Source: Anthoceros angustus
Lineage: Eukaryota; Plantae; Anthocerotophyta
DNA: 64,000 nt
Reading direction: 5' to 3'
Assembly: GCA_010909165.1 (NCBI GenBank)
Contig: MU008177.1
Location: 806,001 to 870,000, forward strand
Of the stretch, positions 1-13,687 are shown one piece after another (position 1 is the stretch's first letter; each line of letters opens with the position of its first letter). The notes under the pieces were generated by a model. It was not told the origin of the DNA. It searched no databases and saw nothing but the letters and a program-made list of their open reading frames with translations. The translations under genes and the position numbers were made by a program.

Positions 1-2471
1 CACAAAACCTCGTCGTTGCTTTGCTTCAAGCTGTTTAGTAGCACCCGGGCCTCAGCTTCAGCATTGTGTCTCTGCGTTTTCTCTTCATCCAAGCTGTGCA
101 ACAGTTTGATGTTCGCATCTTCTAAAGCACTCAACCTACCGAACCAGACAAGCAGGTGTCTACCAATCAATGACAGGTTATCATGCAGTGTAATTATGTT
201 CAGAGAAGAAATGAATTCAATCACACGCTTTCAAGAGAGAGGCACAAGTGACCAACCTCTCCTCAAGCCTTTCTTTGGATTTGACCAACTTCGTTATACG
301 TTCCTGTGACTCTTGCACCTTGTTCTCCCATTGTTGTCGCTCACCATACAGAACCTCCAACTCCGTCTCAGACTCCACTGACTGCTGCCAAACTCATCTC
401 ATTCCGTAAGTCTATATCTCCCATTCATCAGGAAAATGACCCGACAAGTCATCTCTGCGTCAGAGAGGAGGAATAATACCTTGCCTAAACCAGCCCGAAC
501 GGCTCCTTCAATCTCGGCAGAAGCTTCTTCAAGCCACACAGCACGCTGCAAAACATGGACTCAGTTAGTCTGCAAGTGGACATTTGGCTGCACAAGGCAT
601 GACTTGCAGCATGACCTGCTCAATACCTCTTCCTCCATATTGGTTATCCGCTCTTGAGCAACAGCAAGAGCAGCCTCACTTTGTTTGAGCTGTTACAAAA
701 TGAAATGTTGCGAGTCAAGTCAACCATATTCTTTCAATACAAATGCAGGAATCGAGAACCGACGAAGTAGAGTAACACTTATAAAGACTTCCCTACAAGC
801 ACATGTCGAGCATACAGGGTAAACAAAGGATCCATACACCTTAGAACACCTTCATGAGAAAAACCATGTTGTCTGCGGTTATTTTGGCAACAACCTGTCA
901 AAAAGTTATATTTACATGAGTCTCTTAAGTTGCTCAAACTTAGTCTTAGTCTACCACGATACTTAGCCATACTCCTGCCATCTTACAATGAGACAGGCAT
1001 CACCTCCTTGAATCTGTCAAGCTGAGCCAAAGCCTTGGATGCATTTTTCTGAGCAGCTTCACTTTCCTTCAATTGCATTTCTTGATCAATCACAGTCCGG
1101 TTCAACCTTTCATTCTCTGACCTGGAGGGAGGGCACAAAAACTATGATCTACTGGAGACTGGCATCTTCTCAACTCAATCCCGATGGAACAGCTGACAAA
1201 ACGCCAGGGAATTATATATCGGTAGAAACCTCAAATGCGCGTTGTCATCAGAGAGCTTGGAGTGCTCTTTCAGCCGCAATTCATGCTCTCTCTCTTTGGC
1301 TTCTAACTTCTGAAGTTAGGAGAAACCACAATCATATTCAGGCCAGGTCAAAACCTCCAGAAGATGTTGCAACATTGATGCTGATGGTACGAGCCACCAT
1401 ACACTTCTTGACGTCTCTGATGAGCTGTTAGCCTCCTCCAGCTCCTGCATTAGCCGGTTCTTCTCATCCTCCTCTTCCCTTAAACGTAGCAGAGTCTCCT
1501 GCTTAGACAGTAGCACCAACCCCCCTGAGGGAGGAGCAAGATTACAGCAGAGTATGCATCTTCAAGCATGTGTCTTGCAAAGAAAAGACAGTAAAGCGCA
1601 TACTTGCATGTCAATGGCGAAAGCATCCATCTGATTCAGGGCCTCCAGCTGCAAGATCACACTAATGCTTAGAATCCCAAGAAAGCTGAACGGCAAACAT
1701 AACCAACGTTCTGTACACGATAAGTGCTCACATGATCTTCTTGAGTAGCTTTAAGCTTCTCCTGTAGCGTATGCACTTGTTCCCGCAAGTCCATCATCTG
1801 CTTCAAGCCGTAAACCATCACATCCCTCCCAGACTGTCACCAATCTACGAACAGCCGACAGGCAAATCCAAAGTGCATGCACGACAGCGTGCCTTCTTAC
1901 TTGGACTTTGATTCCTTCGATGTTGTCACATGCCTTCGTCAACTTTCCAACAGTTTTCTTCAGCGTGAACTTCTTCCTGCTCTCTGACGGCTGGAGAACA
2001 GTCAAGTCGTTTTTCAGGTATCTCAGCAAAGGAGCACACACCAGGGCTGAGCCAACTTTGCAGGACAGCCAAACCTGTGGATAGCAAGAAGCATCCTCCT
2101 GTAACAGTCTAATTGCTTCCTTGATACACCCAGCACTCTCGTCAGCTGCCTGCACATGGCCTCACAACTTTAATTGGCACCTCCCGTATCCATGAAGTAA
2201 CACAAAACACACTTTCGAAAAAAACACTCCACATTCCACCACTCTGCTGCACCCACAAGCCAGAACTGAGAGTTCTCAACCCTAGCACAACATTGTGCCT
2301 AACATCCCAGTTCCCGGTATCCAGAACCTCAAAGCCTGTACAGACCACTCAATCCGTAAAACTGCGCGGTGACAAACATTCTAGAGAACTCACCCCGCAG
2401 ACGCAGCAAAAGGCATTATCGGCGAGCCCAGACTCCACGACGTCGCAGAAGCTGCCTTGGCATGCCTCCAT
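1..2471 (-). CDS. Multi-exon coiled-coil protein of unknown function (3' end outside window)
   Basis: Short GT-AG exons join in frame from a putative ATG at 2471: MEACQGSFCDVVESGLADNAFCCVCG/AADESAGCIKEAIRLLQEDASCYPQ/PSESRKKFTLKK...IKVQ/SGRDVMVYGLKQMMDLREQVHTLQEKLKATQEDH/.../KLEAKEREHELRLKEH.../ENERLNRTVIDQEMQLKESE. The sequence is heptad-like and E/K/L/Q-rich. No family recognised. Confidence 0.65.
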
Positions 2472-3084
2472 TGCAAGCAAAGAAGAACGATCTTCCAACT
2501 TCCAACGTAATTCGACCTTGCAACAGCAACTCCTTAATAAGCCTGCGGCACAAAAAACGAATCATTCACAGCCTTAAAGCTAATCGACTTTCTCCTCCTC
2601 AAATCCACCTCCCTCGCAGCTTCTTCGATCAACTGCGCGCCCACTTTACAATTATCTACAAAGCGACCGACGACACAGCATGATTTGAAACGAGCGCAAC
2701 CAGAGTTCCAACCCGGGGTCTCAGCAACTGCAGGTCCGGGTTTGCAACCGGCAACCGGCACTAGCCGGTTTCCGACCACCGCCGTCTTGCAATCCAGGCT
2801 GCGTGGAGAACGTAGGATTCTTGCGTGGTTTGATTCCGGCCTACGGGTTCTTGCGTGTCGTTCCTTCGGACGGTTGAGGATTGCGCATTGGGCTGTCTGG
2901 CTCTTGTATCAGAGCTTCAATCGTGTTGGGTCTGCTTTGTGGTGATTTCGTAGTCTCCATTACGCTCTTAGCATTTGACACGATGCAATCCAATAAGTGC
3001 GGACGAGTTTGAGAGCATTGCTGGTCCATTGAGCGGCTGGGAGCCGTTTGGCGGCTGGCTGCGAGTGTGTGTAGTACATTCGAT

Positions 3085-4123
3085 ATGGTGTTAGCCTCGT
3101 GCTTGGCAAGTTCCTGGAGCGGAGGTCTGGCGTCCAGTTCCAGCAGCGTCTGTTGTAGCAGGTCAGAAGCAGGGAGAAGCGTGGGGTATAGGTTCGGAAG
3201 GTCCGGATTTGATGGAGGGAGCTGCGTGGCAAGGCCTGGGAGGGGGCCAGTCCAGAAGGTTGTGTGCATGGCTCACCCTAGGAGAGTGAAAATGGTGGGG
3301 CAGCAGATTAGGAGGGAGGTAGCTGAAATGCTGCTTCATGACAAGGTGCTGCAGCAGGCCGTGTTGCCAGAAGCAGGGCTTGGTGCTGACATGTACTTGT
3401 CATCGGTTGCCACTGTCAGCGATGTCCAACTGTCCAGCGATTTGCAGGTAGGCGTTCTGTGAGTGGAGCTTGAAGGTTCCTGTTTCCAGGTCTGGTTCAT
3501 GACACAGTGAGGTGTGCTGGCCAAGAAGGTTGCGAAAGTGTACATTTCAGTGTTTGGAGATGAGCGAGGTGCGGAAATTGCTATCGAGGGGCTCCAGGCC
3601 AAAGCTAAGTACGTCAGGATGGGTCTGGGAAAGCGAATGCAGCTGAGGATGACCCCCGAGGTTCGGTTCATCAGAGATGATGCCATGGAAAAGGGCAGCA
3701 GGGTGCGTAATGTTGGCGTTTCCTTTCTCCGGTCTTGTGAAGTGTAAGGACGGTGGAAAAACTTAGGCATGGCTGTATGGTGGTGTTCAGGTTCTTGATA
3801 TCCTTGAGAAGCTGAAAGTGGAGAGGGAACGCAAGGAACGAGCTGACAGTGGTTGGGACGATCCCGATGACAACTGGGATGATCCCGACGAGGTACAGAG
3901 GGAACCATTGGCACAGAGGGACCCATTGGCACAGAAGGAACCTTTGGCCCAAAAGGGAACCAAGGCACAGCCCAAATCCAAACCAAAGAAAGCAGGCCCT
4001 CCCAGAGTTTCAGATGATGATACTGGGGAGAGGCAAGACTGGCCAACGGATATAGATTGGCCTGCCGACGATGATGATATTTCTGGATTCAGCCCAGACG
4101 AAAAGATTATATTTATTAAATGA
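3085..4123 (+). CDS. rbfA: Plastid ribosome-binding factor A (RbfA/RBF1), 3 exons (3085-3447, 3529-3702, 3791-4123)
   Basis: Ser/Arg-rich transit-like N-terminus, then MAHPRRVKMVGQQIRREVAEML...SDLQVAKVYISVFGDERG...RMTPEVRFIRDDAMEKGSRVLDIL. Introns are canonical GT-AG. The acidic C-tail carries 3 copies of an 18-bp (E/D)PLAQ(K/R) repeat. Confidence 0.92.
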
Positions 4124-5350
4124 TCACATTTTCAGTTGATGCTGAATTCGGGTTCAGGTCTTGGTCGGGAATTTGTATTGCAAAGCGACCTCCTCAACGC
4201 TCGAAGTTTCGTAAGTCGTCAAAGCTCGCACATCCTGAAGGGGGACAAGATTTTCCTGAAGAGGAACATCCTGGAAGGGGGACATGATTCTCATGAAGAG
4301 GAACTGCTGAAGTTAGCGAGCAATGAGAAAACTTGAAGCTTATTTGAACAGCTTTAGGAACCGCTCACTGCAGCTGCTTTGGCTCGTTGCACAGCCTCTT
4401 GCATTCCTTCTGTTCGTTCCACTGGAAAGGAATCATAGTGTCTTTCAATCCCTGCTTTGTTTGCTCACCTGCTGCGCCAAACTGTAACAACAGATATGAG
4501 CATACGTTTGCCGACAACTATGGAATTCAATAAGGACTTGCGACAGTGTAAGAATAGAGATACGGCTGAATAATAAGAGTACTCACAGCTCTATCCTGCT
4601 CCAGAACTTCAGCTAGGTAGTTGTTTGGAGCCAAGATCCTCCTTCACAATATCCGACTGAATTTGCTTGAACCGTGATAAATAGCTTCACAGCCAAAGAG
4701 GGCGCAGCCACGATTGAATCAACCTTGGCAAGGCTACCCAACAGCGCCACCGCCTTTTGTCCTGCAATTCCCTTAACCCCTGTATAGGTACGTACTATCC
4801 ACATTTGTTGCCTTGATGTCCTTCACCCGGAGCACTCCTTCATTTTCCCAGCATACAGTGGAGGGATAGACCGACCAGCTTAAAGGGTAAGACAAGACTG
4901 AACTTGAGCAGCAGCATCCACCTATTCCATCCGATGAGAAAGTGGTTGCCGCACAGGCAGGGCGTCCTGAACAGCATCTAGGTTTAAGCCAACGTGTCAA
5001 GGCAAGGGCAAGGAGAGTGTGCAAAGTCACAAGGTGTGTATTGGGGGAAACAACCGATGTTCTGTTAAGTAGATTAGCTCTCCAATCGGCTGGTAAAGGG
5101 ACCAGAGCTTGGCTTGGAGGTCTTCCATTCGTTCCAGTCACTGCTGCAACTTGCACCTTCTTCTACAGCACCTCAGCTGCAAAACCCAGCTCCGAGGCTG
5201 AAGGGATACCCTGCACCAAACTGTGAGCAACTGACACCAGTACACAAGCACAATGCCCAATACCAGAGACAGACATAATGAAGGTTCCTTTCTCTCACAG
5301 CTTCTACAGCAGCAGCAATCCCAGGCTGCGAGACAGGCACTCCAGGCGAA
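4116..5350 (-). pseudogene. Degenerate partial duplicate of murD (3' exons and introns, with deletions and an internal inversion)
   Basis: 4116-5017 matches murD 6788-7697 and 5123-5350 matches murD 8728-8950. 5023-5127 is the reverse complement of about 7912-8015. It contains frameshifts and a small internal duplication near 4231-4300. Confidence 0.9.
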
Positions 5351-5830
5351 CGAACCAGAATTTCCCAAGCATGCGTCCGACTCGTACCCCAAACAGTGAG
5401 GGTATGCACTCGTCGCTCCCACAACCAGAGGCCTCTTCGCTGCACACAGTTTTAACACGTTGAAAAACAGAGCCTGAGAAATACCAGAGTCTGACTGCGC
5501 CACATCTCCCAGCCCAGGAAATAGATGGAGAAGTCAGACGCTGGAAGTCAGGCGGACGGGAGCTATTCCTATCCTGTCTGTGTCCTACCAAATAAGAAGT
5601 TTCAGGCTGCCTGCAATGTTGGCTTGTCATGTCATAAGGGTGAATGAATGAAAGAAACGCGCTGCAGACCTTTGTCGTCCTGTCCGGTCAACAGCTGGGT
5701 GAGCACGGTACAACAGGCAGGGCAGCCATGAATCCGACAAACTAAACCTCCTAGAAACCAGCTCCCATAACGCGTATATCTCCCAGTCGAGATCGGACAG
5801 CAACCATGCCCGTTGACAGCGTACTTCAGT
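5350..5830 (-). pseudogene. Decayed 5' end of a PLS-class PPR gene fused to the murD relic
   Basis: Frameshifted translation GISQALFFNVLKLCAAKRPLVVG/RRVHTL/GYESDACLGN resembles the first motif of the PPR at 47829-50555 (HRSLFGRFLRRCREQKDLRLGRRVHAL...GYGSDAFVGN). Upstream, WFLG...PACC resembles its N-terminal WLLG...PACC. Confidence 0.45.
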
Positions 5831-6414
5831 TTCAGCAAACTTTAGCCAACGATAAGAGCTTCACATAATTCACAGACACTGCTCGCAAGACACCAACCAC
5901 TTGGTCATGAAAAACATGCTTCTTCCGATGCCAGAGGAGACAAGCTTTGTTAAAGCTCGAATTCAAACTACACAGGGTTTGCTTCTGTCCCCTTAGCACC
6001 CAGACCTTAAGGGAGCCTATCATAGGCCTGTTTGGCAAGCACCACCATCAGTGCCCCCACCTCAAGGATTACAATCAATATGTTAAGTTGAGAAACAAAC
6101 ATATACAGTCTGCGGAAAATGCAACACACGTAGGAAAGGCTGAAGGTTAACCAGTCCCATTGATCCCTGAGCAAACTAGAGTTTCACAACAAAACTCAGT
6201 AGGTGGCATTTCACAAGGGGGGAAGGGAATGTTCCAGAGCATCCCGAGCAAGGCCGCTTGCGATTGGAGACAGGTTTTCCAAGGCACGGCTAAAGCACAG
6301 GCAAACTTCAAACATATAGATAAACATTGCAACAGCAATCCCCTCTTCAAATGTCCTCTGAAATGTTTATCTGATTCTCATCTAATTCAAACACACAGCA
6401 CACCATAAGGGAAG

Positions 6415-6795
6415 GTGGTGTTCACGTTCTTGATATCCTTGAGAAGCTGAAAGTGGAGGGGGAATGCAAGGAAAGATGTCAGCGTTTTTCAGACGATGCT
6501 GATAACAACTGGGATAATCCCGACTAGGTACAGAGGGAACCATTGGCACAGGCGGAACCATTGGCACAGAAGGAGCCATTGGCCCAGAAGGAGCCTTTGG
6601 CCCAGAAGGAATCATGGCATAGAAGGCAATCAAGGCACAGCCCAATGCCAAAACCAAAAAAAGTGGTGCCTCCTAGAGTTTCAGATGAAGGTTCTGGGGA
6701 GAAACAAGCCTGGCCGATGGATATAGAGTGGCCTGGCAACAAAGACGATATTTCTGAATTCAGCGCAGACAAAAAAAAATATCTTTATTAAATGA
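6415..6795 (+). pseudogene. Duplicate relic of the last rbfA exon
   Basis: Matches 3779-4123. The splice acceptor AG is mutated to AC (ttcacg), it has premature stops and frameshifts, and the PLAQK minisatellite has 4-5 units instead of 3. Confidence 0.9.
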
Positions 6796-9443
6796 CCATA
6801 TTTTCAGTTGATGCTGACTTCGGGTTCAGCTCTTGGTCGGAAATTTGGCTAGCCCAGCAAAGACAAGTCCTCTGTGCTCGAAGTTTTGAAACTCGTCAAA
6901 GCTAGCACATCCTGGGCTCAGGAGGATCATGTCCCCTGCAATGGCCAAAGACTCCAGGTCAGAAGAGGAAATGCCGAAGTTAGCTTCCATAAGAAAACTT
7001 GAAGCTGATTTGAAAAGCTTTACGAACCCCTCACTGCAACTGCTCTGGCTCGTTGCACAGCCTCTTGCATTCCTTCCGTTCGTTCCACTGGGATGGAAAT
7101 CTTCGCGTCTTTCAATTCCTGCTGGATTTGCTTACCTGCAGTGCCGAACTGCAACAAGGAGAGATGTGAGTATACGTTTGCCGGCAACACTTCCGACAGT
7201 GTAAAGATAGAGATGCGGATAATGCTTACAGTAATCACAGCTCTATGCTGCTCCAGAACTTCAGCTAGTCGTTTGAAGCCGAGATCCCCCTTCACAACTC
7301 CTTCCTGCGACAATATCAGACTGGATTCTTTTTGACACACAATAAACACCCTCAAGAGCCAAACAAAGAAGGCGCAGCCACAATCAAACCAACCTTGGCA
7401 AGCCCGCCCAACAGCACCACCGCCTTTTGTCCTGAAATTCCCTTAATCCCTGTATAGGTAGCCTCCACATTTGTCGCCTTGCTGTCGTTCACCCAGAGCA
7501 CTCCTTCACTGTCCCAGCATACTGTGGAGTGGATTGTAAGCAAGGATAGACCGAGCAGTTTACATGGTAAGACAAGAATGAACTTGAGCAGCAGCATCCA
7601 CCTATTTCCATCCGATGAGGAGGTGGCTGCAGCACAGGCAGGGCATCCTGAACTGCATCTTGGTCTAAGCCAACGTTCAAGGCAAGTGCAAGGAGAGCAG
7701 CCGTTCCAGCATTATGTGCATTATGCTTCCCAACCGCCTTTAAAGTGCTTAGATCCAAGAGTATTCGCGTGTCTGTTGTTGGCTCAATAACAATGGCTCT
7801 CCTAGCTGGGGTATCTAGCTTCAAGCCACCACGGTTGCAAACAGGTCAAAAGTGCTCCGGCCACAACCCCGTGAAGCCCCTTGGGACCACTAAATTACGT
7901 ACCTGAACACCTGGAAGACCCCCAAGCCAAGCTCTGGTCGCTTTACCACCCGATTGGAGAGCTAATCTCCTTAACAGAACGTCGGCTGTTTCCCCCAACA
8001 CATTCCTAGTGACCTTCAGAATCTGCCCACTCCATCCAAAAATGAGATGCGTTCTGAGCCAAGCCAGAAATGGTAGGGCTCTACTGGCTTACATCTTGGA
8101 ATGATAGCAAGATCCTCGGGTGTCATGTTGGCGAAAGCACGGCACTTCAGAATCCCATAGTTCTCCAGGGTCCTGTGCCTGTCCAGGTGATCAGGACTAA
8201 GGTTCAGGACGACAGCAGCCTGGAGAAGAGGATGACTCAGAAGTCAGAACAGATGGTATTACCAGAATCGACGCATCATGGCTCATAGCATACATATCCG
8301 AAGGCAGGAAAGGACTATGAACAGCTGCCGGAACTGTGCGTCTGATACTGACCGCTGGATGAAGACGTCCAGGGAGCTCCATCTGATAACTGCTAACCTC
8401 GACTACAGCCGCCTGCACCAAGCAAAGGGCATCAGTTCGTGTTTCTCGTCCCCCTCCGACACTTGCATCAGGCATATGATAAGCCTCATAAAAGTTCCTG
8501 CGGAGTGTCAAGACTCGCCTGGTATGGAGGATCATTGATCGGAAAACTCAGGCATTGCAGAGCACATTCTGCTAGGGGAGTACCAAGGTTTCCACCCACA
8601 AATGTCCTAACTCCAGCTTGACGTAGAAGCTGCAATCCAACGACTTCAGAAACAAACCACAAAGCCAAACGAGAAACACATCAAGACAGAACAAGCACCT
8701 GGCCGGTGAACGTCGTGACAGTTGACTTTCCATTCGTTCCAGTCACTGCTGCAACTTTCACCTTCTTCGACAGCACCTCAGCTGCAAAACCCAGCTCTGA
8801 GATGGCAGGAACACCCTGCACCAAACTGTGAGCAACTCAAACCAGTACACAAGCACAGAGCCCAACACCGGGGACATAATCAAGCTCCCCTCAACTCACA
8901 GCTTCAATAGCCGCAGCAATCCCAGGCTGCGAGGCAGGCACTCCAGGCGAAATAACCAGGCGGGATGCAGCATGCAAGGTCTCCCGATTGTGTGGTCCAA
9001 GCTCTGACTTGAAACTGCTCTCATCAAACCTGTCGAAGGACGGGTCCTTCTGCAACGAGGAAAACCTCTGGATTGTCAAGCAACCATACAAGCACGGTGA
9101 TGCGGCAATGAGGCGAGCACACTTTACCTCCAACGGCACTGCGTCAGGATTGCTATCCAAGCCCACTACACGAGCTCCTCGTGCCAGAGCAAGCTTGGCT
9201 GCGGACCGACCGGAGGACCCCAGGCCAACGACCTGCAGGAAATGGCGTGAACACACAGACCGGGAAATGAGCGCACCGGTCGCACATTCCGGTCGTGCAC
9301 AAGACACGCGGTGCACACACCACCACTGTTTGCCCTTGCAAATCTTGCCGAGGACGAGACTCGCTTTCCGACGCACAACATAGCACCCGCGGCCCCGTCC
9401 TTGTGGCTGGAGCCAGCGCCGCCATCCCCATCGTGGCATTCAT
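6788..9443 (-). CDS. murD: Plastid-targeted UDP-N-acetylmuramoyl-L-alanine--D-glutamate ligase (peptidoglycan synthesis), about 13 exons
   Basis: Exons encode [31 protein letters not shown] (P-loop), [52 protein letters not shown] and [22 protein letters not shown] stop at 6788-6790; short transit-like N-terminus from ATG 9443. Confidence 0.93.
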
Positions 9444-9784
9444 GTTTTGGAAGCTTATTGTGAGGACTGTCGGCCAAGAAAGAAAGCACAATTCAATGCA
9501 ACCGGCACAGAAAATGTAGAAGGATTCGAAAGAGCATCAGGATAGTAGAACTATCAACAACATGGTTGATCTTCTCATTACTGGCAAAAATGTCTGCTAC
9601 AGCATATGTAGGATGTGGGGCAGAGCACATCTCAGATCCGACCAAAAATGGACATCATCGGTGTCAGATAGCAGGACCGGTATGTCCAGCATTTGACACC
9701 ACAGCGTTCATGCACTTCACATTCGGAGGCCTGAACACTGGCTTTAGCAACAAAATTAGAGTAGGTAGTCAGATTCCACCCCCC

Positions 9785-11446
<1,662 letters not shown>

Positions 11447-11959
11447 TCACTTCACACAGGGGAATTCCGTTCCGCATATTCAATATTCCAAGCCCTCGCT
11501 ACGGGAGGCGGAATCACATCCTCGATCCGTTGCATATCCCAGGTTGTGAGCAAATGGCATGGATGATTTTTCTGAACCTATTTTGGCTGCCCGGTGCCTA
11601 TATCTTTGTCTACCCATCCATCATCTACGCATTTTCAATGTGGTCCTTCACAGGCCTATGTAGAGTTTATGGCCCGCCCTTGGACAGCCCCGCTTCTCCC
11701 TTATCCCCGGTGTGTATGGGCACGACACGAGTGAAATTGTACAAGACAAATATTTAGATGATAAGAAGATTTTTATTTTATAACTGTTTTTTATTGAGAT
11801 GGTTCAAAGTTGGGTTCACAAATTCCGCACCGATTTTTTTTGTCTCAATTAACCCCATGGGCCACTAACAACTCGCGACTATGCACGCTGCAAAGTCGAA
11901 GGCATGATGTTTATAGCTAGCCCCATAAGGCCATGAAGTGGGGGCATGAGTGGGATGAT

Positions 11960-13540
11960 GGTTGTTTTGTGTTCTCATACGTGCCTTTGTTTTTTCTCTT
12001 TCTGAGTAACTAGCCTAGAAAGCTCTTGTATGGGTTTAAGTTTGCTCGTGATGTTTTTGAACAAAGCACCGTCCATGTCATGACTGTCTGAAGTTCCCGT
12101 CAGTCGTCGACCTCTGAAACAACATTGTGCCCCTTGCATTCGGTTGTAATACTTCGATTTGTAGAGCCGATCCGCTGTGCTTCTGTTTGACTCCTGAGTC
12201 ATATTCATCTGCGATAAATTTGCTAAATAGATTTATCGCAGCCTCGCCTGCCTTTGGCATTAATGTTTCTGATATGTTGTCTTGGTACCACGTTGGTACA
12301 AGGAAAACAAAAGACAAGATACACTTTTGCCTGAAATTGTGCACTACCTTAGGCTATGTTAGTCTTGCTTCTTCTTCTTTTTTTTTTTGCTTGTGGTTTC
12401 TTACCCTTAAATTGTCGAGGTTTGTTTCGACAACGAGTAACATTATTTCAGAAATAGCCCCTTGTTGGGTTGTAATGTTATAATGTGTTCTATACTTTTT
12501 CTTTTGGATTGTTTTGGCTTCATATTCCTAGGTCTTACAATCTCTTGTTTTTTGGTTCTCTGCCCAATGGTCCATTTTTTGCTTGGATCTGTATGTTGGT
12601 CAAGTGTATTGCTTTTGTATATTTTATTTTTCTTTCTTTGACCTGGTTTGCGGGTGTTAAGCATGCTCAGACGATGCATCAATCTGATTGCGTGAATTTC
12701 TGGTACATTCTTTTCAATCCTTTGATTGATTCTTTAAGCTTATGATAGTTGTAGTCGAACATGTGCTCCAAAAACTCCGCATAGATTTTTGTTTTAGTTT
12801 TTTATCATGATTATGTGAAGTTCCCATTAGTTATAGTACCATCTACTCTTACACTTTGAAATGTGTTAATTTGGCGATATGCCATGTTTTTTTATTGATC
12901 TTTAGATGTACTTTGATAATCCATTAGTTATAGTACCATCTACTCTTACACTTTGAAATGTGTTAATTTGGCGATATGCCATGTTTTTTTATTGATCTTT
13001 AGATGTACTTTGATAATCCTGTTAGTTAGTTTAATTCAGATTGTTATCTCCGTTAAATTTGTTCTGGCATATGTCTTCTTCAAGTTGCTTAAATTTTATC
13101 ACCTCCACCTAAAAGTGTGCAAGTAAAAAATGTTGACTCTTTGTGTTTAGTTTCTTTCAAGTAACTTCATTTTTGTTGGTTGTCATCGAGCAATGGATGC
13201 TCTTCACTAAGAGCCCCTCGATAGGTTTGTATTGTTCTGCACATACCCTTCAGTCTTTCTTTCTTTGGGTCTTTAGGTTTATACCTCCCACCTTCTACTG
13301 TCTCTTTTTTTTTCAGAACTCCCTGTCTATCATTTGATTATCTGCCTTGATCTACTTGTATTTCAAGTGATTTGCTTGACAACCTTGAATTTATGTTATT
13401 TACTGGATTTTCAGTTTTCAGGAGCTCTGACAGATTGTCTTATAGCATGTTTAGCTTGTTTTTGAATTTTAACTAATTGAAGCTATTTTTCATATTTCTT
13501 GTGAATTATTTTTACTCATTTTAATCCTCTTCCACAGCGA
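11960..13540 (-). mobile_element. AT-rich, highly decayed transposon-derived sequence (possibly LINE ORF2-like)
   Basis: Sharp drop in GC with strong A-skew on the minus strand. Stop-ridden Lys-rich translations (e.g. KRKSIEHIITLQ) are only vaguely RT-like. Confidence 0.3.
12824..13019. repeat. Near-perfect tandem duplication, 97-bp unit x2
   Basis: ccattagttatagtaccatctac...ctttgataat starts at 12824 and again at 12921. Confidence 0.95.
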
Positions 13541-13687
13541 GAGGCAAAAGTGAACTGTGTGGTGCGACAGAGCAGAAGGGCTCTATAGAAGTTAAGGAGA
13601 AGGAAGTTGGGCTCAGTGATGTTATCTAAAAAGTACTGTTGGGCGTTATCGAAGGAAGCGATATTATTCAAAGTATGTCATGAAAAA

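Noticed and set aside
6788-9443. Bacterial contamination or recent HGT suggested by murD, rbfA, menA and the HtrA-like gene
   Set aside because: All have spliceosomal introns and N-terminal extensions and are interleaved with plant genes.
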